The notes under the pieces: generated by a model | Seen by the model: the letters and a program-made list of their open reading frames with translations, nothing else | What the model was told of the DNA's origin: nothing | Databases searched by the model: none | Position numbers and translations under genes: made by a program | Source of the DNA: Sphaerodactylus townsendi | Lineage: Eukaryota | Reading direction: 5' to 3' | Length of the DNA stretch: 64,000 bases | NCBI RefSeq assembly: GCF_021028975.2 | Contig: NC_059437.1 | Location: 44,702,001-44,766,000 of the forward strand | In this document: piece after piece, positions 26,401-37,275 of the stretch | Layout: each line of letters begins with the position of its first letter | How positions within the stretch are numbered: the stretch's first letter is position 1

Positions 26401-29400
26401 GGAAGCCATCGCGAAGGAACCAAACCTAATGGTTCCAGATGACTGAAAAACACACCTTCGCGATGCTCCTGGAGCCCCGCGCACTTGTGGTTCCTGGGAA
26501 AGTGGAGTTCCGGCCAGCAATGCTTCAACAGAGCAGCCACCTCTGGCGGTAGCGCCTACAACCGCCAGCTTCAGCTTTACGGCTTCGGCGCTTTTGCCAA
26601 TCCCAACGATCAGATTGTACTGCTCTGAGGCCACCCTTTACTGTCGCTTCTGAGTGCGCCTATAAGGCTTTGTCAAAGTCCCCAATGCCGGCCAGCCAAC
26701 CCAGAGTTTCTCCTCCATCCGCAAAACCCCAAGAGCCCTATGCTGAATTTGTGAACAGGCTCCAGGAAGCGCTCAAGAGGCAGGTGGTAGATAGCGAGGA
26801 GGCCTCAAAAACGAGCTCCTCATGCGCCAGCAAAAGAGAGAACGCTTCCACGGAGTGCCGCAGGGCAATCACGGGCCTGGGCAAAATCCTGAACTGGCCG
26901 ACATGCTTAAGGCTTGCCAGGACATCGGATCCTCCTTCCACCAAGCTGGCCTCCTCGCCGCAGCACTTCCTCCTCGGGCGTGGGAGGCAGCCCCAGGATG
27001 ACTGCTTTAACTGCGGCAGACCCTCGACACTTCCGGCGAGTGTAGGCAGCCCGGCGCGGGGGCCTACAACCCCCGATGGAGGAGGGTCCTCCCCTCAGGA
27101 GGAGAAGCGCCACCTAAAACCCGTGCCCACGCTTGCCAGAAGGGCTTCCATTGAGAAACGACTGCCCGTCGGGAAACTCCCCGCCCGGGCGCCTGCCCCA
27201 GCCCAGGACCAAGGAGGAGAGTACTTCAGAGCAGACCCAAACGCCTAGGCCCCTGCCGAAACCACCCCTCTCAGGGCATCTCGCTCGCATGCACTCCAGC
27301 CCATCTCCTTTAAGTTCCCCCACGCAGGTTCTTGTCGCCCTAACTCCAGTATGACGCAGCCCATCCCTACCGGGACAATTAGCTGGGTCGTGCTGCCAAA
27401 GGCCTCTGCCGCTGAACAGGGACTGTTCCCACCATCGCCCCCGAGTGCTCGACTCCACGCACTCCAAGGACCCATCCACCTCCAGGTCTGGACAAACATC
27501 CCACAGGAGCTGCTCCGCCGGAGCCAGCTGCGCTCAGCTGGATTTTCTTGCCCCATGCGCCGCCCGCCGTCGAACCCCATAAATAGCGCTAATGCTTGGT
27601 GCCCCAGCAGCCAATAACATGGCGCAGGCCTACACTTTCACCGCCGCAGCGTGGAGACGCTCATCGGGAGCTTCCCGCCCGGCTATCTGGAGCTCGCTTA
27701 TAGAAGGATGTAAGTTCAAGGGCCTGGTGGACACCGGCGCTGATAAAGTTACCGCTATCAGAGCAGCCGAGTGGCCCGACCAGTGGCTTCAACACCGAGG
27801 CTTTGCCCGCGACATCTGTGGCATGAGAGACAAACCGCTGACGGTGAGCATCCCGGCCGGCCACACGGTCAACAGCCCAGGACTCGAGCGGCAGCTCTTC
27901 AGTCCGGGCCCCCATCGCTTCTAGACATCCATGTCAATCTCTGGGGAAGAGACCTCATGAGTCAGGTTAAAACCACTCTTGGTCTGGGATGGGTAAAGCC
28001 GCCACGGATCATTGATTCTCCAATCGTTGCCTTCCGGTTGCTCTCTTAATTTCCACACAGGAAATCTGTTTCCCTCTCCTCTCCCCTCTTTTCCTTCTGT
28101 TTTTTCGACCAGTAGCGGAGGGCCAATTGGCTGACTGGCCCTCCTGGATTAAAAATCTGGGCCCGGCCTCTGATATCAAGAGCACTGTCAGGACAGGCCC
28201 CAGTTTAAAAAAGGCTGCCGCCATTATGCGCCTAATACCCAAACCCGTTTGGGTGATGGCTGCCCAGCGCCTGGCAACTTTATCAGTACCACATTAAAGG
28301 CCAGGCGCTCAGCCGAACCGTACCTCCTTTAAGGAGCCGGCTCCCCGGCGGGCGGCAATTCCCTCAAGATAATTCGACTACAAAATTCTAGCAGCACCAT
28401 CCAGCTTCCTGCATTAGCCACCAAGGTCACGGTAAGTGCAACTCCCTTTGCAAAGAAACCCCCCTTCCTTTCTCTTCCTTTGTGTGTGCGAGGAATTTGC
28501 CTCTAACGCCTCGATTGCTTCATTCCCCGGATGCACCTTATCCCCAAAAGGTGCTTCCAAAGCCCCCTTTTGTGTTGCTGATTAAGCATGCATACCCACA
28601 ATCCCCCCAGGACCTCGCTTTTTCTGTTCCCTTCCTTCTCGAGGCTCGACCTCGCCTTTGACGCATCTCTGATGACGCTTCATGAAGCCAATTCCTCAAC
28701 CAGGGTCAGCCACCTCCTGCCCTCCCCTGTCAAAACAACTAAAGAAAGAGGAGTGTAGGCTGCCCTCCCAGGTGAGGGTTGCACTAAAAGCAACCTTCAC
28801 AGGCTGCAAAACGCCTTCTTCCTTCCCATATTAAATCCAAGCAAAACACTAACTCGATCCCAATCTCCCGCCATCCGCTTCTAGAATCTGAGCCTGGCGG
28901 ACCCGCCCCCCCCCCGCAACCTGGGGAAAGGGGTGTGTGTTTCAGTCCTCTCTTCCTACAGGTTCCCGGACTCCGATTCGCCATAACAGGCCAACCCATG
29001 GAATGGCGCCGCAGGAGGAAACCAACCCCATCCCCCGGGAGATGGAACGCATCTCTCTAGAGGATCCCCGCCCAGCGATCCCAGCAGGAACGCCCGCCGC
29101 CAACCAAAGACCCGGAATGACCTGGGGAGACGCCAAGGCGATCACTCAGCCAGGCTCCTTAGCGCCGCTGGCGCCAGCAAGACCACCCCGGTGACACCCG
29201 AGAACCCTCTGTGCCGCCTCTCTTTGCGATCATCACCACCAACTCAGCGACTCACTCATCCTTTGCCTGCTCTGGCTGCCTCCCGCCGGCGGCATGCATC
29301 GTGGCCACCCCTGACGAAGCCACCAGACCAACATCTGGGAGCAGTTTGCTGCCGCCAAGCCAACGCCTCTTCATCTTTTCTGCCTGGCCAGTACTCTGTG

Positions 29401-32400
29401 GGAGTCGGGAGCCTGCTGAGCCTTCCGCCTGCTCCCCCCGTCTGCAAAGCACCCGGAGACTTCCTAGCAGAGTCTGGGCTGAGCCCCTTCATGAATGCCT
29501 TCATCCATCAGATATTCTCTATGAGCCGCCGACTGGGGACCCGTCACCCAAACCCGCTGGCGCTCTCTCCCTTGTCACCAAGACTGTCGCTAACCACTGT
29601 GCTCTTAACCGACTCTGCGCTTCTCGCATCACCGGGCGCAGCCGAACGAGGAACCGACTCCGGGCCCATTCTCTCCGTCGGCTCGGCCAGTTGGAACTGC
29701 ACACACATGGAGGACATTCCCCCCCCGTGTTCGAAACATCCTGCTCCCTCAGGCTGGGAGCCCTTGACCTGCGGGAGAGGACGCTTAACTACATCCCCGC
29801 CTCACTCCCTGCTTCGGAACTCTCTTGCTGCCTCAGCTCGCCTCACCATTGTCCTCTACCCCTGTGGCTCCACCCCGGGAGCCCGACGCCGCCGCCGCCG
29901 CTCCGCCCTGCCTCTCGGACCCTCCCACGCCGGGAGCTGGCTGCGTCGCCCTCTCCCAAGCGGAGTTCGCCTCCCTCGCAACTTCCCTAGTGGGAGTCCC
30001 CGGACTCCGCCTCCCTACAATGCTAAGACTGATAATGGCCGGCTGGCCTGTGCCCCTCATGGGTCCATCAACTTCTGCCTCCACCGCCTGGATGCCCTGG
30101 CCTCCGCAGCAGCAGGTAGTCCTTCACAAGCCCGTTTGCACCCTAGACAATCGTGCACGCTTATTGATTATCATTTGTTGTTGCTTGCATCACCAAGGTT
30201 GTGAGAATGTACATAATATGTGTTGTTTTAATCTTTTCTGATAATTCCCCAGTTGATCCACATGAAAGTGCTGCGGAGCTGCAAGAAGTTGTATCTAATC
30301 TGAAGTGCATGATGTTTTTGCCCCATTGGTGGTCAGCCCTTCTGGAGCTGGCTGCCGGGAGGATGGTTGGAGTGCTATTGTACAGCTCTGCATTGGTTTA
30401 ATTGTGGCAGGCGTCTTTGTTATCGGATCTTTGTTTCGCTCAATGCGTGTCTAATACAATTGCTCTGTAACGTGGTGTAAGAAACCCCTCGGTGATTTCC
30501 CTTACCCCGCGAACCAAGTTCTAATGTTGCACAAGCAGCTTGGTCAATCTTGACCAAACGGCGTGGAGGAGACAAGCGCCCCTCTAAATCGCCTTTAGCT
30601 GCTTCGCCCCCCCGCTTTCTAAAATGTGTGAGGAGATATGTAGTAGTGCATCTGCCGCACTCCAGCAGTGCCGTAGTAGAACGTTGGGACGCCAACGGAC
30701 TCCGCGGCGTCTTTGCCGGTCGTGATCGCGACTTACCCCATCCCCCCTCATCCCCCCATGAGCCGCACGGGTCATGAACTGTCTGCCTCAATCACCGGGC
30801 GCAGGGACAAATGGTCTTTTGCCTCCCAGGTGAGGATTAGGCTCAGACGCCAGACAGCTCCTCTCCTCAAGACGTGAAGCCAGATGAGATCATGCATCAC
30901 ATGATGATCTCTCCGACCTCCCGCTCTCCCGGAACTCCCCCCAGTCCTCCCTCCTACACGCCCCCAATAGAGTAACAATAAAAGGTGCCAGGAACCGGCA
31001 GACGGGAGGATTCGGGGCGAGGAACACGGGACCTCCTCGGCCCCCCCCGGGCCGCTGCTGGCGACATCTCCACCAGATGTTATCTCCTCGGGCTGCCTCT
31101 GCTCTCAGTTTCTTACGCTGACCGCGTGGGTCGACTACAAAGGACCTTGTGAGAGAGATTAGCTGGAGAAAATGTGACTGTTACCCTCTAAAGTTATGGT
31201 CGAGTAAAGGTTTGAATTTGCATCTTTACGTTTAAGCTCCGTGCTTCACACTGTCTGGGGGGAAAGTCATTATCATGGTCAGATTTTTATCCTGTCCTCC
31301 TTCTAAGACAATATATGGTTTCCCCTCCCTACTTTATTCTCATTGCAATCCTTCAAAATACGTTAGGTGGAAAAAGGGAGACTATCCTAAGGTTATCTAA
31401 TAGCTTTCAATACTGAGAAGGGCTAGGAATGCAGCAATCTGAGGCTGGCACTCTAACCTTGACGATGTGTAACTGATCCAGTAAACAATAAAAATTCAGA
31501 CATTTGGGTTCCAATTTTTCTGCTTTTGGAATGATCACAGGAAGAATTCCGAAGAACTAACATCCATTGACTAATGGTGCCAGTATTTATTTTAATGTGC
31601 ATGGCTTGTCTTTTGATTCATTTTGTCCATAACCCAGCCAACAAAATGTTCCTTTTTGCCAGAGGGCGTTTTTATAAAGGGAAGAGGTTTGTTCTTTTCA
31701 TGTTAATGAAAAATGGTGGGCAGCTTCATATTGCCCTATTTATTGTATCTTTTTAAAATGTACCCTTAGCATTGTTTTCTCATTTTTGTAATCTTGTTTT
31801 ATTGTTGTATGACCTCTTTTGTTTATTACTTTTTTTTAAAAAATGTAATCTGACTTGAGTTTTGCTGAGAAAGGCATATTACAAAGGAACAATAAAATGA
31901 AGATGAAGTGTTGTCATATTGATGTGTATCTGAATGCTGAGGTGGAGTTTTGAATGGTTTTATTCTCCTTCAGAGCAGAACCAAGGAAAAAAAAGAAAGT
32001 GGATCCCAGAAGAGAACAAGCTGCAAAGGAGCGGTTGAAAAAGAAGTTAAAAAAATTGGAAAGAGCCCCACAGGAGCTGATCCCTATTGAAGACTTTATT
32101 ACACCGTACAGATACATGGATGAAACAAGGTAAGGATCTACCGAGGACAAGAGTTCAGATGAGATGCTGGGAATCTGTTCTTGCGTGTTTCCCAGATCAG
32201 ACAGAAGTCCTGCCCCTGCCCTCTCAAGGAGATCCGTTTTAGTGTATGCTGTTCAGAACTTCGTTCTATGGAAATGCTCCTTTGGGGAATGGGGACCTGC
32301 TCCTTTGGGGAATGCTCCCCTTTAAGTATATGGGGACCTGTTTCTATGTTGTTATCCCAGAATAATCACATCAGAGCTTTAGATATGATGGAGGAGCAGG

Positions 32401-34254
32401 TCACAGATTAAACTGCACTAAATCGGATTCAACAAGATCTGCATTTCCATATCAATACGGGGCAAATTGGGAGGAAAAAACAGCCGTGGAAAGAACCCTA
32501 TTCCCTTGAGAGAGGCGGGTGGTGGTGGTGGTGGGAGATAGGAAGGAGAAGGCCCATCCCCAGTGGGGAACAGGCTTACAGGAGCTGGTTCCCTGGAAGT
32601 GGGAGCTGCTGGCTTGTAGTGATGGAAGCTCCTGTCCTTATCATGCGGCTGCCAGCTTATGGCCAAGTGCTTTCAAGCTGTTGACCCATCGGGAGTTACC
32701 CCTGTGACCTTTAATGCCCATCCACCCTAGGCCATAACAAGCAGGGTTGTTACCTTTGTATTCTGACAACTGCAAACAGACACCAAGTCACACAGTAATA
32801 TTTGCTGAACCACATTGAGGCAGGGTTTACTACACCAGAAAAACAATCTTGTGATAACTGCTGAATTCCCATTATGCAAAAAAAAAGGTCTTGGATATTT
32901 AGGTACAGTTGTCAAGCAGCGTATGTTCTTCAACTCGTAAGGAACTACAAGATGCTGAATGCTCTGTTTACTTCAGGTTGCAGTCCTATGCACGCTTAAC
33001 CTTGAATCATCATAATTAATTTAGTCAAATGTACTGTCGAAGGAATGTGTGTAGGATCAAAATACCAGACTACTATTTTACATAACACCATGATGAACTC
33101 AGAGCTCTGACGTTACATGCCTCCCCCTTCCTTTCCTGAGTGGGTGGGCCACGACCAGATGATGGGTCTGCTTCTCCTTCCTCTCCTCACCACACTGAGC
33201 TTCAGAGATTGTTCCATTGACCTGAGCCAGGAACACGGCCCACAGCTGGCTAACTATATAATCACCACATCTCCTAAGACCCAAATCACATGTGCACCAG
33301 AAAGCGTAGGAAGATTGGAGTGTTTGTCTTGTTTAATGTTTGTCCATAGTGTTTGTCTATATCCATCTTTCCTCTTCAGCCTACAATCTTTTTTCCTTAT
33401 TCTCAAAACAACACTGTGAGGTAGGTTAGGCTGAAAGAGGGTGATTGGCTGAAGGTCACCTAGCAAGCTTCCATGACAGAATTGGGATTTGAGCTCTGGT
33501 CTTCTGGATCCTAGCCCAAGATTCTAACTACTATACCACTGATTGTATGGCAGCTTTTCTGCTTCCATGGCAGAGTGAGGATTTGTATCTGGGTTTCCCA
33601 GAGGCTAGTTTGACACTCTAACCCAGGGGTGGCCAACCTATGGTGCTCCAATTGGCCATGCTGACAGGGGCTGATGGGAATTGTAGTCTATTAACATCTG
33701 GAGCACCATAGGTTGCCACCCCCACTCTAACCGCTACACCATGCAGGCTCTCAGTAAAAGGATCTCAGGCCGCACATGTTGGGAAAAGACCTTCCTCTGC
33801 CAAAGATCCTGCGCAGCCACAAGTTCAGAGTAGGAAATACTGCGAAGTCAACTGCATAGGTTCAAAATTGGTAGTTCAGGAGCATGTTTTGTAAAAGCTG
33901 TCGTCTTAGAACACCCTGTTGCTTTCCCCCCTCCTGTCTGTCAGGGTACGAGTCACCGCCCCTTTGTCCTTCGAGGAGAGCGAAAGACGAGCCATTCTGA
34001 TAAAGAAGTGGGCCCAGTACAAGCATCAGCAGCACAGGGCAGAGATGGAAACTATCAGGTCCCTGATGGAAGCCCAGGAACAGGCACTGAAAGAGCTGCG
34101 TCTTGAATCGGAGGAACTGTATCAGGCGGCGATCTGCCGAGACAACAACCTGTTTCCTTTCGAGAGGCAGGAGCCTCTGCATACACCCCCGCTGCCAAAT
34201 TATGAGGCTCCTGAAGGGAAATGCAATGACATCACCAGAGTGTATACACAGTGA
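23417..34254 (+). CDS. MRPL40: Mitochondrial ribosomal protein mL40, complete, 206 aa. Exons: 23417-23487, 24716-24799, 31974-32129, 33945-34254
   Basis: [23 protein letters not shown] (presequence-like) / [28 protein letters not shown] / [44 protein letters not shown] / ...[14 protein letters not shown]...[28 protein letters not shown] junctions, 621 nt in total, syntenic next to HIRA. Confidence 0.95.
23758..24054 (+). mobile_element. tRNA-derived squamate SINE (Squam3-like). Further copies at ~12310-12590(+), 14080-14330(-), 19908-20211(-), 20961-21256(+), 36326-36604(-), 61631-61913(-), 63393-63666(-)
   Basis: Head GAGAGCCAGCGTGGTGTAGTGG with A/B-box-like motifs (GGGTTTGATTCC); shared body; (TTC)n tail. 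Confidence 0.8.
24974..25470 (+). repeat. ERV 5' LTR (3' boundary approximate)
   Basis: Colinear with 30639-31139; AATAAA at 25317-25322; followed by TGGTG... PBS. Confidence 0.9.
25472..25503 (+). other. Primer binding site, degenerate tRNA-Phe type
   Basis: TGGTGCTTCTAAACCTCGGGAATCCTCGAACC resembles the tRNA-Phe complement TGGTGCCGAAACCCGGGATCGAACC with small indels. Confidence 0.6.
25672..27248 (+). pseudogene. gag: ERV gag (MA-CA-NC), frameshifted as assembled
   Basis: MG start; matrix motif [19 protein letters not shown]; capsid [12 protein letters not shown] and [21 protein letters not shown]; [11 protein letters not shown]; zinc knuckle CFNCGR; GGGAAAC slippery site at 27171-27177. 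Confidence 0.88.
27171..27990 (+). pseudogene. pro: ERV pro (dUTPase-like segment plus aspartic protease), frameshifted as assembled
   Basis: [18 protein letters not shown]...GPIHLQVWT (dUTPase-like); [15 protein letters not shown]...WPDQW; [11 protein letters not shown]. Confidence 0.85.
28860..28995 (+). pseudogene. Remnant of integrase C-terminal domain, containing the env splice acceptor (AG at 28960-28961)
   Basis: RHPLL...GPAP...WGKGCVF...[14 protein letters not shown] resembles the class II IN end (DPxxxxWxGPxPxxxWGRG...WxPxRxxRP). Confidence 0.6.
29003..30480 (+). pseudogene. env: ERV env (long leader, short SU, TM), frameshifted as assembled
   Basis: Leader [11 protein letters not shown]...VTPEN...LFAIITTNS; polybasic cleavage RRRRRR near 29884-29901; ISD-like LDNRA..IDY.LLL and [18 protein letters not shown] (CX6CC); hydrophobic segment near 30360-30480. 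Confidence 0.85.
30639..31139 (+). repeat. ERV 3' LTR (501 bp)
   Basis: TGTAGTAGTG...GACTACA termini; preceded by a degenerate purine-rich tract; AATAAA at 30977-30982. Confidence 0.92.
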
Positions 34255-37200
34255 TGGGGGCAAGGTTGCCATGCAACCGCTGGAAGATGCACCATTCAGA
34301 AAAGGCAAGCCTCATTGGATGGATGGATGGATGGATCTGGTTCTCTGATAGGTTTTGAAGTCCTAGTTGCAGATGGTTATTTGTTAATTCGTTGTCCGAA
34401 GAAACTCAGTACACAACAAAGAACAAAGCTTTTGTGTGTGTGGGGGGGGGGCGGGGGGGGAGTCATTTTTGAATAGGGTATATTCTGGATACCCAATGAC
34501 ATATTGTGGAGTTTTCAACCGTTGACACTTCCATATGCCCCTGCAATTTATCCCTAACCCTAACCCTGCAATTTATCTGCCCCTTCTACAAAGTTGAGAG
34601 CTGTATGTATAAGAACCCTTCCCCTAGTTTTATTCTTACAACAACCGTGTTAGATAGGTAGGTGGTCTGAGATCACCCAGTGAGTTTACGGCTGAGTAAG
34701 TATTTCAGCTCTGTCTCTCCCGATTCCGGCACTTTGACCACTGCAGCAGCAGCACTAGCTCTACTTCATAGTGCTCATTTGAAAAAGTTATTTAAAATGC
34801 TACAGGCTTCTTTTTTTTTTTACTACAAATTGCACTCTTACCATGTGATCAGAATGGCCAGTGGGAGGCAGGATATATGTACAAACATGAGCAATAAACA
34901 CCATTCATGGACTAAAAATAACATCTTGAAGTGTCTTTTGATTTTGTATTATTGAAGACTTTCATGGCTGGAATCAACAGTCTGCAGACATGATGCCAGT
35001 CACAGATGTGGGCTAGGAGCCAAAGGCCCGGAAAACCCACAACAGCCAGCTGTCTCTTGATTCTTTTGTGCCGGACTGGGATAATGTAATTTCAGTTGAG
35101 CGGGTTGTGTGCGGCTGCATGACCAGTAAGCTAGCATGGGAGTTACTGTGGCCTGGTTAACAGCGTACAGAAATGAAATTCCTAGGGTACAATTAATAAA
35201 TGTACTGCACAGTAAGCAAGAAAAAAGAGGTGTCATTTTCCCCCCTCCCACTTTGAGGATTTTGGTAAGGCCCGCCTTCCAAATCTATCACTGGTTATCT
35301 GTGCTGCTGTGTTCTATCATGTGCTCACACAACTTACTGGGGGGAAATGATAAAGACTTGGCTGAGGTTGTAATGAGAGATGGTATCTAATCTATAGCAG
35401 CCACCTTTCATTTCCATCAATTGCCTTTTGCAGCTTCTGGAAAGCCATCCTTGCAAACAATTTAGATGGACCCTTGATTAGAAGTCGGATGGCTGCTCTT
35501 ACGTAAGGCTCCCTTGAATAGAATCAGAGTAGGTCTTGAGTAGGTTCCTCTGGCTGCGGTTGGCGGAACGCCCGGGATGGGAATGCTTTCATTATCAACA
35601 CTGATTGCTCTGCTTGTTTCTGTCTGTCTCTGTGAAGCTGCCTGTGTGAAACTGTCTTGGGAAAGCTTGGGATGGGAACCCCGAATTGTTTATTCTGGAT
35701 TTGGCGGGAACGATTTGGGAGCCCGTAAAAGCGGCGATACGTCCAGGGGGGCTTCAGTTCCCGCATTGTCTGTAGTCGATCAAGAATGCCAGCTCAATAA
35801 AGAACTTCTACGGTCACTTTTGGTCTGGACCTTGCTGATTCGTAACACTACCAATCTTGATCCGCCTTGATCTCAGATTGCAAATGCCTTAGCAGACCAG
35901 GTGCTCGGGAGCGGGAGCAGCAGAAGGCCCTTGCTTTCACCTCCTGCATGTGAGCTCCCAAAGGCACCTGGTGGGCCACTGCGAGTAGCAGAGTGCTGGA
36001 CTAGATGGACTCTGGTCTGATCCAGCAGGCTAGTTCTTATGTTCTTATGTTCAGATCTATACAGATGGATACAATCTCATCTCACTGGGTGCAGCTCTAC
36101 AGCATCACCAGTAAAGCTCTTTCACATCACCTACTACCTGATCCTTTTTACTGGAGAGTGAGCTTCGGACCTCTTACATGAAAAGCAGCTGCTCCACCAC
36201 TGAACTACAATCTTTATTTTTAAAAGTTTTACTCGTAGCAGTTTACATCCATACACAGAGTGTGGCTCAGCAGCAGCATATCTGTTTCGCATGCAAAAAG
36301 TCCCCCATCTCCAATTAATTTCTGGGAGAAGAAGAGTTTTGGATTTATACATCACCTTTCTCTCCTGTAAGGAGACTCCAGGTGGCTTACAAGCTTCTTT
36401 CCCTTCCTCTCCCCACCACAGACACCTTGTGAGGTAGGTGGGGCTGAGAGAGTTCCAAAGAACTGTGACCGGCCCAAGGTCACCCAGCAGGAATGTAGGA
36501 GTGCGGAAACACACCAGATAAGCCCCTGCCGGGTGGAGGATTGGGGAATCAAACCTGGCTCTCCAGATTAGAATCCGCCTGCTCTTAACCACTATATCAC
36601 ACTGGTTGTTGGAAGTCATGTTTCTCTTTCCTTGAGAGCCCCTGCAGGACACGACATACAGAACTACTGGTCAAACAGCTTTACTCAGTATAAGGCAGAA
36701 TTCAGTGTTAAGAGTCGCACAATTATAGTAAGTGCCAGCTGACTTATGGCAATCCGCTCAAGAGAACTTAAAAGCAAGAGACTAACAGCAGTGGGTAGCC
36801 ACTGCCTTCTGCATAGTAACCCTGTTCTGTCTTGGTGGTCTCCCATCTGAGCATTAACCCTGCTTAGCTCCTGAGACCTGTTGAGTTTGGTCTAGGCTGG
36901 CTTCTTCAAGGAAAGGTAGGATGGCTCTTGCAGGTTGAATTGTCATCAGGCCAATTCAAGGGGTATTCAGAGCCAAGGCCTATCCCTGAGGCTCCCCCGT
37001 ATCCTTCAGCAACTCCTCATTTACCTCATGATCAAGCTAAAAAGGGCTTTCCAGAGCACTTGCTAAAGCTGTGAATGAACCTTAAAAAGAGCACTGCGGG
37101 TGGCTCTTTCTGAATACTGCTGTTTAACACACAAGTAAGAAAACAGGTATTTTATATTTTCTTTGAAAATGATGTGGCACAACTGCAGTGAGGTATGTGA

Positions 37201-37275
37201 CCCTTGGCAGCAAAGATACTTCCACACAACACTTTTCTTGAAAGAACTCCAAAGCAATACAGCCAAACTCCCCCC

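Larger units (their letters stand above)
24974..31139 (+). mobile_element. Endogenous retrovirus (class II / betaretrovirus-like), pol-deleted provirus LTR-gag-pro-(delta pol)-env-LTR in MRPL40 intron 2
   Basis: Begins TGTAG, ends CTACA, flanked by 6-bp TSD AAGGAC (24968-24973, 31140-31145). Has two homologous LTRs, a PBS, and recognisable gag, protease and env motifs. Confidence 0.95.

Noticed and set aside
28226-28297. Short [13 protein letters not shown]... resembling the RT N-terminal KPVWV motif
   Set aside because: Five-residue match with no following QWPL or other RT motifs; may be chance.
29191-30204. 337-aa ORF as a novel gene
   Set aside because: It is a patchwork of in-frame and out-of-frame segments of the frameshifted env.
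34552-34566. CCCTAA telomere-like repeat
   Set aside because: Only about two units; not an interstitial telomere.
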